Origin: Spirochaetia bacterium
Lineage (GTDB): Bacteria; Spirochaetota; Spirochaetia; DSM-2461
Length of the DNA: 64,000 nt
Assembly: GCA_963668315.1 (NCBI GenBank)
Contig: OY764216.1
Location: 4,800,001-4,864,000 of the forward strand
Direction: 5' to 3'
Shown: piece by piece, positions 1 to 10,694 of the stretch
How the letters are laid out: every line of letters starts with the position of its first letter
Numbering within the stretch: the first letter of the stretch is position 1
Made by a program: the position numbers and the translations under genes
Notes under the pieces: model-generated
Databases searched by the model: none
What the model was told of the DNA's origin: nothing
Seen by the model: only the letters and a program-made list of their open reading frames with translations

Positions 1-1158
1 AAGCCTCTGACCATGCTGGATATGGTATGCAGTTCCTGTGCGGGAGGAAAATACCATGTAACCGATCTGTGCCGCGGCTGCGTCGCCCGCCCCTGTCAGA
101 TCAATTGTCCGAGAAACGCCATAACCATCGTCAACGGCCGCTCCGTCATCGATGAGGACAAATGTATCAACTGCGGGAAGTGCCAGCAGCTGTGTCCCTA
201 CAACGCCATTGTGTACACCCCCCTCCCCTGCAGTGAGAACTGCCCGGTCGATGCGATTATCCTCAAGGAGGACGGCACCCGCGCCATCGACTACGACAAA
301 TGCATCAGCTGCGGAAACTGTACGCGGAGCTGCCCCTTCGGCGCCGTGGTGGAACGGAGCCGCATTGTGGACATTGCCATGGCCCTCAAGGGAGACAAAC
401 CCGTGGCGGCTCTGGTCGCCCCCGCCCTTTACGGTCAGTTCCCCTACGATCCGGAAAAACTTAACGGCGCCATCAGAAATATCGGCTTTGACCGGATCGT
501 GGAAGTGGCCTCAGGCGCCGAAGAGACCGCCCGCAGGGAAGCTCTCGAACTGGGAGAGAAGAGGGCCGAGGGAATCCTGCCCCTGACGAACTCCTGCTGC
601 CCCGCCTGGAAGGAAACGGTGGAAAAGCATATTCCCGGCCTTCAGAACAATATTTCCCATACGCCCAGCCCCATGGCCATAACGGGAGATCTGGTCAAAG
701 CGAAGGATCCCGATGTCGTCACGGTCTTCATCGGCCCCTGTATCGCCAAGAAGAACGAAGCGGCCAAGCTGGACTGCATCGACTACACCATGACCTTTGA
801 GGAGCTGGGGGCCTTTTTCCTGGCCCGCGAAGTGGAAGTGGCCAACTGCGATAAAACCGAATCCCAGTCCGCACCGGATGGTCCGGAAGCCCATAAGGAA
901 GGACGCACTTTCGCCAGGGCCGGAGGCGTCACCGAAGCTCTTATATCCTATCTGGGCGAAGAGGCCGATACGGTGCGTCTGGACGGACTGGACCGCAAGA
1001 TGATCAAGCAGCTGAAAATGCATGAGAAATTCTTCTCCGGCAAAGACTTTATCGAAGTCATGTGCTGTGAAGGCGGTTGTCTGGGAGGTCCGGGAGTCAT
1101 CTCATCGCCCAAACCGGCTGCCGTCCGGCTGGAAAAATACGCCAAGGGCGAAGCCTAA
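1..1158 (+). CDS. Monomeric [FeFe]-hydrogenase with N-terminal 4Fe-4S domains (probably 5'-partial)
   Basis: CxxCxxCxxxCP ferredoxin motifs; H-cluster motifs TNSCCPAW, GPCIAKKNE, EVMCCEGGCLGG; frame is open back to base 1. Confidence 0.9.
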   Translation, partial: KPLTMLDMVCSSCAGGKYHVTDLCRGCVARPCQINCPRNAITIVNGRSVIDEDKCINCGKCQQLCPYNAIVYTPLPCSENCPVDAIILKEDGTRAIDYDKCISCGNCTRSCPFGAVVERSRIVDIAMALKGDKPVAALVAPALYGQFPYDPEKLNGAIRNIGFDRIVEVASGAEETARREALELGEKRAEGILPLTNSCCPAWKETVEKHIPGLQNNISHTPSPMAITGDLVKAKDPDVVTVFIGPCIAKKNEAAKLDCIDYTMTFEELGAFFLAREVEVANCDKTESQSAPDGPEAHKEGRTFARAGGVTEALISYLGEEADTVRLDGLDRKMIKQLKMHEKFFSGKDFIEVMCCEGGCLGGPGVISSPKPAAVRLEKYAKGEA

Positions 1159-1166
1159 GGAGAACT

Positions 1167-1213
1167 CCGGTCCGAAAATCCGCTCCTTTGGTACCGGCGG
1201 ATTTTCGGACCGG
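1167..1213. terminator. Long hairpin between convergent genes
   Basis: Perfect 17-bp inverted repeat CCGGTCCGAAAATCCGC / GCGGATTTTCGGACCGG. Confidence 0.6.
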
Positions 1214-1269
1214 TTCACCCTATGATTCCGGCAAGGGATGGGCCCCCGGAGTCACCCGATTCCTGTCAT

Positions 1270-2637
1270 TCAGGAATACTGATAATGAGAGATGTTTACG
1301 GGAAGTATCATCACATCCCGTCCCTCGATCTCATCAATATGCCCTTTGATGATTCCTCTCAGCGTTTCCCGCACATTTTCCAGACCGGGAGTTCCCACCA
1401 GATTGTTCTGTTCATAGGGATCGGCTTCCAGGTCATAAAGATAGGCTTCCACATACACATCGTGCCCGCCCGTACTGACTCCGGTGATGCCTTCGTGATC
1501 GGGATGGGCGACGGCGTACTTCCACTTGTCCGTGCGGATGGCCCGTCCTATGTGACTTTCGGAGATTTCCATATACACGTCTTTCCGCCAATCCTTTGCC
1601 TTCCCTTCGGCCAGCTCTCCCAGGGGACAGCCCCTCATATAGGGGGGGACGGGGATACCGGCGGTCTCCAGAAAGGTGGGGGGAATATCTATCAGGCTTA
1701 CCAGATCTCCGACGGTCTTCCCTCCCCGGTAGCCGGGGCCGCACATGACGAGGGGGACATGGGTACACCCCTCGTGGCAGCTCCGCTTGTACTCCTTGTT
1801 TCGGGTACGGAAATGGGAACCGTGGTCGCTTGTAAAAATCACGAGAGTATTATCGGCCATGCCCAGCTCCTCCAGTTTTTCCCGCACCCGGCCCAGCCCG
1901 CGGTCCAAAGCGTGGCAGCAGCCCAGGTAATCGGGATACTCCTCCCGCCAGGTTCCCTCCCTGCCGTTCAGGGCCAGGTCGCCGGGTGCCTTGAAGTCCT
2001 TCCATTTCTCCCGGGATCCTGCCGGACCTATGGAAGCGTCCATGTCGTTCTGGTGGTGGGGTTCGATATAGGAGATGAAGAGGAAAAAGGGGTTCTCCTT
2101 GGGCTTATCCAGATAGTCCAGCACCAGATCGGTCTGCCAGTCCGCCCGGAACTTGTCCCTGAACTCGATCGGCTCCCCCTCTCGGTTGAACATGCGCCCC
2201 TCCTGGGGGTGGGATGTCCACTCCAGACTGTCCGAGGCGATCCATTCATCCTTATAGCCGCCCCTCAGCTCCCTGGGAATGGCGCAGGTTCTGTTCAGAT
2301 AGCCCTTATCCTTGTCCGAAGCCAGGTGCCATTTTCCGATATAGGCCGTATCGTAACCGTATTCGTTGAAGTAATGGGCCACGGTTTTCTGGTCCAGGGG
2401 CAATATCTTATCGTTACGGAAACATCCCAGCTCGGAGGGATACTTGCCTGTCTGAAGGGCCGCCCGGGCAGGTCCGCAGACGGGCTGGCATGTATAGGCA
2501 TAATCAAAACGGACCCCTTCCCGGGCCATTCGGTCCAGATGGGGGGTCACAGGCAGTTCCTGACCGTAGCATCCGCAGGTATCCCAGCGCTGCTGGTCGG
2601 TAAAGAAAAAGATGATATTCGGTTTTTCAGATGTCAT
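1270..2637 (-). CDS. Sulfatase-like hydrolase
   Basis: KPNIIFFFTDQQR, CGPAR (CxPxR formylglycine motif), GKWHL, FTSDHG, LYDLEADPYEQNNL. Confidence 0.92.
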   Translation of the reverse strand: MTSEKPNIIFFFTDQQRWDTCGCYGQELPVTPHLDRMAREGVRFDYAYTCQPVCGPARAALQTGKYPSELGCFRNDKILPLDQKTVAHYFNEYGYDTAYIGKWHLASDKDKGYLNRTCAIPRELRGGYKDEWIASDSLEWTSHPQEGRMFNREGEPIEFRDKFRADWQTDLVLDYLDKPKENPFFLFISYIEPHHQNDMDASIGPAGSREKWKDFKAPGDLALNGREGTWREEYPDYLGCCHALDRGLGRVREKLEELGMADNTLVIFTSDHGSHFRTRNKEYKRSCHEGCTHVPLVMCGPGYRGGKTVGDLVSLIDIPPTFLETAGIPVPPYMRGCPLGELAEGKAKDWRKDVYMEISESHIGRAIRTDKWKYAVAHPDHEGITGVSTGGHDVYVEAYLYDLEADPYEQNNLVGTPGLENVRETLRGIIKGHIDEIEGRDVMILPVNISHYQYS

Positions 2638-2719
2638 TTCGCTCTCCTGATTTATATTGATTTTATCATATTTTTCCTTGACTTATTCGGTATATATCTC
2701 TTATTAATTGTATTATTAT

Positions 2720-3571
2720 ATGATTTCTATTCACGAACAGCTATTCTGCCTTTTAGAGGAAGATCTGCCCCGACACCTTATTAGTGCCGATGATTCGGTC
2801 CCCCCTCCCCTCAATAAGAAGGAGGGCTATAACTTCAGCCACTCCCACCGCATTGCCCTTCCCCTGGCGGGATGCCACAAAATGGAGATCGCCCATAAGG
2901 GAAAAAGAGAGACAATCCGGCCCGAGCGGGGATGGGCCACACTCATGCCCAGGGGTGTATGGAATATGGTCGATTGGCATACTCCCGTGGAAGTGGCCAC
3001 CTTCATCTTCGACGGGGGTCATACCTACGTAAACCATATTCTCTGTTCCGGACAGGGACGGGCGGCCAGCCGTCTGACACGCCTTGTCCTTCCCCCTCTC
3101 GGGAGCAGGTCGAAAGTGCTTATGGAACTCCTTCTCTCCTGCAAGGAAGGGGAGGAAAAATCCGCCTTGAAGCTGATCTGGCTGATTATCCGCATGACAA
3201 TGGAAGAAAAGGGAGAGTATATACCGAGGGGTAAAGCCGATCATACCTACCGTTCCATCTGTTCCTGGCTATCGGAAAACTGGACGATACAGCCGACAAG
3301 GGAAGAGGTGGCCTCCCTCTTCAGCATTACCCCCAATTACCTCTCCGGCCTCTTCCGTACTCAGGGGGGAACGGGATTCAGCGAATACCTGACCGGCCTG
3401 CGCCTCCTTCATGCCCGCCGGCTCCTCAGGAATACGAACCAGACCCTGGGGGAGATCGGCTACAGCTGCGGTTATCCCGATCCGGCCTATTTCTGCCGTA
3501 TTTTTAAAAAGCATGCCGGTATGACGCCTACAGAGTACCGTCTGTCCCCTGTGAAGGACAAAATGGAATAA
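2720..3571 (+). CDS. AraC-family transcriptional regulator, divergent from the sulfatase
   Basis: C-terminal double HTH (YLSGLFR...GYPDPAYFCRIFKKHAGMTPTEYR). Confidence 0.9.
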   Translation: MISIHEQLFCLLEEDLPRHLISADDSVPPPLNKKEGYNFSHSHRIALPLAGCHKMEIAHKGKRETIRPERGWATLMPRGVWNMVDWHTPVEVATFIFDGGHTYVNHILCSGQGRAASRLTRLVLPPLGSRSKVLMELLLSCKEGEEKSALKLIWLIIRMTMEEKGEYIPRGKADHTYRSICSWLSENWTIQPTREEVASLFSITPNYLSGLFRTQGGTGFSEYLTGLRLLHARRLLRNTNQTLGEIGYSCGYPDPAYFCRIFKKHAGMTPTEYRLSPVKDKME

Positions 3572-3597
3572 ACATCAATTTTTATTGCATGCAATGT

Positions 3598-3627
3598 TTG
3601 ACAAATCCTGGATTGATGCTTTATAAT
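3598..3627 (+). promoter_or_regulatory. Sigma70-type promoter
   Basis: TTGACA-N18-TATAAT upstream of the oxidoreductase gene. Confidence 0.65.
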
Positions 3628-3692
3628 GGATCAGGCTCATTAGGGGGACCTCTCCCCGATCGAACCCTAAGCCCAACACATGAGGTAGAAAT

Positions 3693-4940
3693 ATGACCGG
3701 AATCGGAATAATCGGAATCGGAGGCTTTGCCCTCAATCATCTGGAATCGATAAAAAGCTGCGGAGAGATGGGTCTCTGCACCCTGGAGGCGGCGGTAATC
3801 AGAAGCCCCCATAAATATGAAGAGGGCCTGGCGGAACTTCGCAAAACCTGGCCCGATCTGCGGGTCTACCCCTCCCTGGAGGAACTCCTGGACAGGGAGG
3901 GAGACAAGGTGGGTATGATCTCGATTCCCACGGGAATCCCCTCTCACCGGAAGTTCGCCGAAATCTGTCTGGACAGGGGGAGGCATGTTCTGTGCGAAAA
4001 ACCCGCCGCCGGAACGATAGAGGACGCCCTGGCCATGAAGGCCGCCCAGGAACGGTCGGGAAAGAATCTGGCCATCGGTTTCCAGTATATGTTCTGCCCC
4101 ACCATCCAGCGTATAAAGGAGATGGTGATGGACAAGACCCTGGGTAAACTGATCTCCCTTAAATGTACGGCCCGCTGGAAGAGAACCAGCATCTACTATG
4201 ACAGAAACAGCTGGGCAGGCTGCATCAGGGACGGGGATTCCTTCGTCTTCGACTCCCCCATTCAGAATGCCAACGCCCACTATCTGCAGAATCTTCTCTA
4301 CCTGGCCGGCCCTTCCCGCCATGAATCGGCCCTGCCCGTAAAAATCTACGGAGAAAATTACCATGCCCAGGATATTGAATCGGCCGATACCCAGTACATC
4401 CGCTGCACCACGGCCGACGGCATTGAATTGAGTTTCGCCGTCACCCATGCCACGGAGGACGTGGACGGTCCTCACATCGAGTGCCTCTTCGAGAAAGGAC
4501 GGATTTCCTGGACCATGGAAAAGGGTGCCACACGCATTTACAACGAAAAGGGTGAGTTGACCGAATCCTTCGACAACGGCGAGAGCCCCCTTTTCCGTAC
4601 GGTGTTCGAGAAAACCCTCCGCGCCCTTGAAGAGGGAGAGCGTCCCCTCTGCCATATAGGCAACGCCTTCCAGCATACGGTCTGTATAAACTACCTTTAC
4701 AGGGCGACGGAAGGTATCAACGACCTTCCCGAAGAGTGGAAGCAGAACAACAAGGTCACCCACGAACCCTACCTGGGATACAGTTCCAACGTTAAGCTCG
4801 ATCCGAACGCCGTCAACACCGTTATAGTGGGCATTGACGAGGCGATGAAGGAGATGTGGGACAAGGGGGGCATCAGCTTTTTTGAGGCCGGACTGCCCTG
4901 GGCGAAGGAAGGGAAAACTCTGGACGTTTCCCTCAATTAA
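3693..4940 (+). CDS. Gfo/Idh/MocA oxidoreductase
   Basis: IGIIGIGG Rossmann motif; HVLCEKP. Confidence 0.9.
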   Translation: MTGIGIIGIGGFALNHLESIKSCGEMGLCTLEAAVIRSPHKYEEGLAELRKTWPDLRVYPSLEELLDREGDKVGMISIPTGIPSHRKFAEICLDRGRHVLCEKPAAGTIEDALAMKAAQERSGKNLAIGFQYMFCPTIQRIKEMVMDKTLGKLISLKCTARWKRTSIYYDRNSWAGCIRDGDSFVFDSPIQNANAHYLQNLLYLAGPSRHESALPVKIYGENYHAQDIESADTQYIRCTTADGIELSFAVTHATEDVDGPHIECLFEKGRISWTMEKGATRIYNEKGELTESFDNGESPLFRTVFEKTLRALEEGERPLCHIGNAFQHTVCINYLYRATEGINDLPEEWKQNNKVTHEPYLGYSSNVKLDPNAVNTVIVGIDEAMKEMWDKGGISFFEAGLPWAKEGKTLDVSLN

Positions 4941-4955
4941 GTCTACCATGGGGAC

Positions 4956-5774
4956 ATGAATAGAATCCTCGCCTGTTTTCTGGATATTGACGGCACTCTT
5001 GTGCGTACCGACCACACCCTCTCTCCGGCGGTTATTAAAGCGGTTAAGCGGCTTGAAGAGGAGGGAGTGGCCCCCGTCATTGCCACGGGAAGAAGCTACG
5101 AGGCCCTGCTTCCCATCAAGAACGAACTGAATCTGCACAGCCCGGTCATCTGTTACAACGGCGCCATGATCGTCGACGGGCGGGACGGCTCCGTCATGGC
5201 CCGCCACGATCTTCCCGATAACGAAGCCCGCCGGGTGATAGATCTGGCCCGGGAAAGGGATCTCCATATTCTCGCGTACCGCGAGGGAAAGCTCATATAC
5301 GAAAAAGAACGGCCCGAAGCACAGGAGTACGCCGCCCGCATCAAAATATCCGGCGAGGTGACGGACTTTGATTCCCTGACAAGCTGGAATTTCACGAAAT
5401 GCCTCATTATTGCCGATCATGAGACGCTGCTTCCCCTGAAAGAGGAGATAGAGAAAAGGTGCGGAGAAGGGATTAACGTCTTCTTTTCCGATCCCCGTTT
5501 CCTGGAAATCGTCCACAGAAATGTGGATAAAGGACGGGCGGTACAAGAGGTGATGAAGCTTCTGGGGGGCACAACGGAAGAGGCCATGGCCGTGGGCGAC
5601 GGATTCAACGACCTCCCCATGCTGGAAACCGCCCGCTGGGGTGTCGTCATGGCCAATGCGCTGCCGACCCTGCGGGAAAAGTTCCCCCCCGAAAGAACCG
5701 CCGGGCCGGTGGATGAAGACGGCCTGGCCCTCTATCTGGCGGATTTTTTCCAATGGGACGATTTTTCCCTATGA
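4956..5774 (+). CDS. Cof-type HAD-IIB hydrolase
   Basis: DIDGTL, ATGR, VDKG, AVGDGFNDLPM. Confidence 0.92.
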   Translation: MNRILACFLDIDGTLVRTDHTLSPAVIKAVKRLEEEGVAPVIATGRSYEALLPIKNELNLHSPVICYNGAMIVDGRDGSVMARHDLPDNEARRVIDLARERDLHILAYREGKLIYEKERPEAQEYAARIKISGEVTDFDSLTSWNFTKCLIIADHETLLPLKEEIEKRCGEGINVFFSDPRFLEIVHRNVDKGRAVQEVMKLLGGTTEEAMAVGDGFNDLPMLETARWGVVMANALPTLREKFPPERTAGPVDEDGLALYLADFFQWDDFSL

Positions 5775-6487
5775 GAGATCCCGCTCTCTATGAAAAGGAA
5801 GAGACCGATTCCACCCAGAATGACGCCCGGGGTCTCATAGAGAAGGGAGAAGCCGTCCACGGGGATATCTGCACGGCCCTCTATCAGAGTGCCGGGAGAG
5901 GCCGGATCTCCGGACGGATATGGGAAGGAGAAAAGGACGCCGCCCTGATGTTCACCCTGATTCTCGAAAAGGACAAAACACCTGCCAGTCCTCCCCTCTC
6001 CCTGCTGCTGGGCCTGGCCCTGGCTCTGACTCTGGAAGAGGACTTTTCCCTCCTTCCCCGTATCAAATGGCCCAACGACGTCTATCTGGAAGGGAAAAAG
6101 TGCGCCGGCATACTATGCGAATCGGAGAAAAAATACTGGCTCTGCGGAATGGGGATTAACCTGAATCAGGCCTCCTTTCCGGAAGAACTGAGGGAGAAGG
6201 CCCAGTCTCTTTACCGGGTTCTGGGGAAGAAAGTGGACGGAAAACTCTTTCTCCCTTCTCTTAAGAACCGGATATTCGAGCTTCTGACACGGCCCGCCGA
6301 AGAAATCATCGGAGAAATCGGCCGGCGCCTTCTCTGGAAAGGAGAAGAGAAAACCCTCCTCCTGGGGGATCCTGCCCGCCGGGAAGAGCTTGTCGGAACG
6401 GTGGAGGGAATTAACCCGGACGGAGCCCTGCTCATCGGCACCCCCGGGGGACTCCGGCAGATTTACTCCGCCGAATTTCCCTCCTAG
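5771..6487 (+). CDS. birA: Biotin-[acetyl-CoA-carboxylase] ligase
   Basis: [36 protein letters not shown] overlap with the upstream gene. Confidence 0.9.
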   Translation: MRDPALYEKEETDSTQNDARGLIEKGEAVHGDICTALYQSAGRGRISGRIWEGEKDAALMFTLILEKDKTPASPPLSLLLGLALALTLEEDFSLLPRIKWPNDVYLEGKKCAGILCESEKKYWLCGMGINLNQASFPEELREKAQSLYRVLGKKVDGKLFLPSLKNRIFELLTRPAEEIIGEIGRRLLWKGEEKTLLLGDPARREELVGTVEGINPDGALLIGTPGGLRQIYSAEFPS

Positions 6488-8538
6488 GTAAGGGTAAAAC
6501 CGGAGAAGGCCTTCTCCAGGGTATCAACGATCTGCCGGTTTTCCCGGGCCACATCCTGAAGGGCTGTGATCAGTTCCACAATCTCCTGGGTTCCCCTGGC
6601 CTGTTCGTCCGTGGCTGTTTTAATCTCGTTGAATGCCTGAATTATCATATCCACCGAATGGCGCATAGACTCGTTTTTCTCTTTCTGCTCGGCTGTCACT
6701 TCCTTGATCGTCGTGGTGGCATCGACAAGGCAGGAGATGGATTTGAGGATTTCACCGGCTCCGGCGTTCTGCTCATCCATGGCCATGGCGATACCCTCGA
6801 TAACCCGGGACGTCTCTTCCACATCCTGGATGACCCGTGCCAGGGATGAACCGGCTTTCTCGGAAAGTTTGACTCCCTTGCCCACCACATCAACCATTGT
6901 CTGTATCTGCCCGGTAATCTGCCTGGCCCCTTCCGAACTGTCTTCGGCCAGGCGCCGCACCTCATCGGCAACAACGGCAAAACCCTTGCCCGCTTCTCCC
7001 GCATGGGCCGCTTCGATGGCGGCGTTCATGGCCAGAAGATTGGTGGTATCCGCCGTATCGGTGATAAGGGTCACAAGGGAATTCACCTCTTCCGAGGAAG
7101 TCTCCACAGCCTTGACCGCTCCGATGGAATCGACGACGGCCCTTTCTCCATCCTTGGCGGCATCCTTCAGATGGGAAGACAGTTCGCTGGCCTTCCGTGT
7201 CGACTGGGAGACGGAGGAAATACTGGCGGCCATCTCATTAATAGCGCTGGAAGACTGGTCTACGAATGCGGCCTGGTTTTCCACACTGGCCGATACCCGG
7301 TCCAGGGATTCCACAAAGGAAAGAAGGGCTTCCCCGGTCTGGGAGACCGTTTCCGTCCGGACAGCCGTCGTCCTGTTTATCTGATTTACCGAGGCGACCA
7401 TCTCCTCGGTGGCGGCGGAAGTATTTTCCAGGTGGGCGTTCATGGTATTGTTGGACTCCATGACCTGAGCAGCTGACTGGGACAGAATCAAAAGCTTCTG
7501 CCTGAGATTTTCAATGAAATCGTTGAGAAGGGAAGTAATCCCCGCCAGTTCATCCTCACTCTGCAGACGGATTTTCTTGGTCAGGTCTCCGCTCCCCCGG
7601 GACAGTTCCCCCATTTTTTCCTTCAGATTACCAAGTTTGCTACGCTGGAGGATCGCAATAGCCAGGAAAACGGCCACCGCCGGTATCAGGGAGACCAGAA
7701 GAAGCCCTACCAGGCTGTTCACAATATGGGGCAGGAACTGGAGGACATCCCCCGAAAAAATCTGGGGCAGAGCCTGATCAGTGACACCGCCGGTACTTCC
7801 CAGGAACCCCAATGTTTCCTGCTGAACCTGTATGCGGGAGGCGGATCCCATAAACATTTTCACCACCGCATCAACAATAATAAGCTGACTATTGAAAACA
7901 AAAAGCAGAGGAATCCCGAAAAGCTGAGTGCCCGTTTTATGGAAAAGGGGCGGTTTCTTCTCGAAATGAAAAATATCCATGGTCAGGCGAAAGGGCCTGA
8001 GAGCAAAAAATTCAATCATCGTCCAGGAAAAGATCAACAGCTCCATGGACATATTTAACTTGGGCAGCAGATCCAGAACGACCCCTATGCCGTTTTTATC
8101 CTCGAAACGGATTCCCGAAAGAATCTGCAGAAGGAAAAGTACAGCCAGGGAGGAGTTATGCACGATTATAAAACGGGAGAAACGCTTCTCCCCCTTCTGT
8201 CTGAGCTCATCATCGATATGGCCGCCGTCGTATTTTTTTCTGTAGAGCTTCTCCATGGGAGCCAGATACCAGAAGATGAATCCCCCCAGAAGGCAGGTGA
8301 CGGGCAGAAGAACGACAAAGATAAACATCAGGGCAAACTTCATTATTCCCGCCCGGTTCTCCAGTCCTAACTGACTGAGGATTCCCAGGGAATCAAGAAA
8401 AACGTTCTGTACGGAAAAAAGGAAAAATGAGAGGCACACGATAAGAATAATGGAAAAGCGGATTCTTCTCTTACGCTGATCATACTCTTCAATGAGTTCC
8501 TGGCGCTGCTGTCTTAACTGATTGATTTCTTTTTTCAT
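6484..8538 (-). CDS. Methyl-accepting chemotaxis protein
   Basis: Multiple TM segments, HAMP region, [34 protein letters not shown]. Confidence 0.95.
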   Translation of the reverse strand: MKKEINQLRQQRQELIEEYDQRKRRIRFSIILIVCLSFFLFSVQNVFLDSLGILSQLGLENRAGIMKFALMFIFVVLLPVTCLLGGFIFWYLAPMEKLYRKKYDGGHIDDELRQKGEKRFSRFIIVHNSSLAVLFLLQILSGIRFEDKNGIGVVLDLLPKLNMSMELLIFSWTMIEFFALRPFRLTMDIFHFEKKPPLFHKTGTQLFGIPLLFVFNSQLIIVDAVVKMFMGSASRIQVQQETLGFLGSTGGVTDQALPQIFSGDVLQFLPHIVNSLVGLLLVSLIPAVAVFLAIAILQRSKLGNLKEKMGELSRGSGDLTKKIRLQSEDELAGITSLLNDFIENLRQKLLILSQSAAQVMESNNTMNAHLENTSAATEEMVASVNQINRTTAVRTETVSQTGEALLSFVESLDRVSASVENQAAFVDQSSSAINEMAASISSVSQSTRKASELSSHLKDAAKDGERAVVDSIGAVKAVETSSEEVNSLVTLITDTADTTNLLAMNAAIEAAHAGEAGKGFAVVADEVRRLAEDSSEGARQITGQIQTMVDVVGKGVKLSEKAGSSLARVIQDVEETSRVIEGIAMAMDEQNAGAGEILKSISCLVDATTTIKEVTAEQKEKNESMRHSVDMIIQAFNEIKTATDEQARGTQEIVELITALQDVARENRQIVDTLEKAFSGFTLT

Positions 8539-8912
8539 ACTACTATTTTTCGGTATGTGCCGGTCAATATCAATCTTTATTTGAAAAAATACACCTTTCG
8601 GTCACAAAAGCCCCAGGCTGAAAGGGCAAAAATTACGCTGTTGAGGAGGAGATATGATTTAAGCCGGCAGGATGAGGAAGGACAAAATCATCGCCCGGCC
8701 TCTCCTCATTTTCTTCAATAGACACAACTGAATTCTTTATTGTTACACTTATTCACAATTTTTTTATAAAAAAAAAGAAAATTATTGTAATTTTTCTTAT
8801 ACGTGGTATATTGCTTCAGTCTTGGGTTCACAGAACCTTAACATTAGAGACATATATGAACTATGGTTCTTTATAAATGGTCTTAATTTTTATTTTTATA
8901 TAGGAGATTATT

Positions 8913-10601
8913 ATGAAAATGAAGAAAGCGATAATGCTTTTCCTCACAGTTCTTCTCACAGCCGCATTTTTTATGGGCTGTGAAGATGCCGCCGGTACGA
9001 CGACTTATACTTTAGCAGCCGATGACGGTTTTGGCCTGGTTAGCTCAACCCTTCCCTTTAACAGCAGTACCAGTGTAACAACATTTACGAGTGCTGTTGA
9101 TCCTGATTCCACAACTTTATTCTACGCTCCTACAAATCTTAGGTCCCTGGAAGACGGAGATGCCCCGGTTATTTCCTTCACCTTCAATGAGAATCTGAGA
9201 AGCAGCGCTCTTGAAGCAGTATTCAGAATTGATGAAGAAAATGGTGCGTACTCTTATGGAGATATCAATGAAGGTATTTTTTATTACACCAATGCCAGCG
9301 GAAGTGATTTGACCAGTACGGATGTGTCCGTTTCCGGTGCAACCGTATCTTTCACTTTCGATGCTGATACCTTTGATATCGATACTAACTATTTCGTAGA
9401 ATTCGGTGTTGTGTCCTCAAAAGGAGAGTACTATCAGGTTTTTACAGCATTTCAGCCCCAGGCGGATATTACCGCCCCGGTTGAGCTTAAAGCGGACTTT
9501 TCGGGATTTTTCTCCTATGCAGTAGACAGTACTGGTATCTATACTCTCGCATTGGCAACAGAAGAAACGCATACAGACGAAGCTCTTGACGCCGAAAAAG
9601 TTCTGGGTACAACTACGAATGATTACGCTGGAAAGGATTTCGGTACAGCGATCAATGACCTTTCAAAACGAGCCACCAACGATCCCGCCGATGACAGCGA
9701 TGTGAGAACCTATGATAACCTCCTGGAGGTATACACCAATGGTACTTATCTCGATTACATCCCCCTCACTGTAACCCATGATGATTATAAATATACGACA
9801 GAGTACAATTTCTTTTATGAAAACGAAGATGGATCATCATACGGTCCCTTAACAGCATTCAGCACAGGTTATGTCTACGAAGATGAAAACGCTGATGACT
9901 TAGTTAAGATCGGTGAAACTTATGAGGTCTATATCTATGATGATGGATGGAAGATCCAGGATGGAGACAAGATATACTGTACCCCTTCGAACAGCAGAGG
10001 TTATTTTGGTGATATGTCGGATGTCTATACATTTGACGATACGGTTCATCCCTTTAGAAAAGACGCTCTGACCATGAGTGACGACGCAGGCATGTCTTGG
10101 ACGGGAATAAACTACAATGTTCTTGACGATGAGCATGATACGGCTACAGCAGCAGCTGAAGGACACCTCAATGCCTGCGGTACCTGGAGTGTGACATCCC
10201 TTGACGGCTGGAATGATAGCGAAGATCATGAAGATTATGTATATGAGCTTACCGCCAGCAACATGTCAGTAGCCTATGATGGTACTACTGATGGAAAAAG
10301 AAAAGTTTGGACCGAAGCTGCTGTTAGAAAAGAACTGAGCCTTGCTGATGATGTAGCTCTTTTCAACAGCGACAACAGTTATGTTTGGTCTTACATGATT
10401 GGCAGTACTCTCTACGTCTATGCCGGTTTCGAATGTTACGATAATGGAACAAAGACCAGTTATGATTATTCCGGAGAAACCTGGGAGACAACTGGTAAAA
10501 TCACCGTTAAAGTAACCGACAAATCGGGAAACTCACTCTTTTACAGACATGGAACAACTAACGAATCAGACGGAATTCTTGAGAATATCACCCTCAACTA
10601 G
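8913..10601 (+). CDS. Hypothetical acidic lipoprotein
   Basis: Signal peptide with lipobox FMGC; rich in D/T/Y/S; RBS AGGAG; has its own terminator. Confidence 0.8.
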   Translation: MKMKKAIMLFLTVLLTAAFFMGCEDAAGTTTYTLAADDGFGLVSSTLPFNSSTSVTTFTSAVDPDSTTLFYAPTNLRSLEDGDAPVISFTFNENLRSSALEAVFRIDEENGAYSYGDINEGIFYYTNASGSDLTSTDVSVSGATVSFTFDADTFDIDTNYFVEFGVVSSKGEYYQVFTAFQPQADITAPVELKADFSGFFSYAVDSTGIYTLALATEETHTDEALDAEKVLGTTTNDYAGKDFGTAINDLSKRATNDPADDSDVRTYDNLLEVYTNGTYLDYIPLTVTHDDYKYTTEYNFFYENEDGSSYGPLTAFSTGYVYEDENADDLVKIGETYEVYIYDDGWKIQDGDKIYCTPSNSRGYFGDMSDVYTFDDTVHPFRKDALTMSDDAGMSWTGINYNVLDDEHDTATAAAEGHLNACGTWSVTSLDGWNDSEDHEDYVYELTASNMSVAYDGTTDGKRKVWTEAAVRKELSLADDVALFNSDNSYVWSYMIGSTLYVYAGFECYDNGTKTSYDYSGETWETTGKITVKVTDKSGNSLFYRHGTTNESDGILENITLN

Positions 10602-10624
10602 TCCTAACTCTTTCTAACAATTCC

Positions 10625-10652
10625 AGGGGCACCCTTCGGGGTGCCCCTTTCT
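10625..10652 (+). terminator. Rho-independent terminator
   Basis: AGGGGCACCC-TTCG-GGGTGCCCCT followed by T residues. Confidence 0.85.
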
Positions 10653-10694
10653 TCCCTCCTGACAAAAAAACAAAACCCCTGTATACTACCGGTA

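Noticed and set aside
1222..2784. 520-aa plus-strand ORF and similar long antisense ORFs (3621-5753, 20698-21909, 30893-32674, 37401-38495)
   Set aside because: Shadow frames opposite well-supported genes, as expected in GC-rich DNA.
8590..8645. c-di-GMP-I riboswitch near the MCP gene
   Set aside because: Only a loose resemblance; the P2 GAAA stem and conserved core could not be identified.
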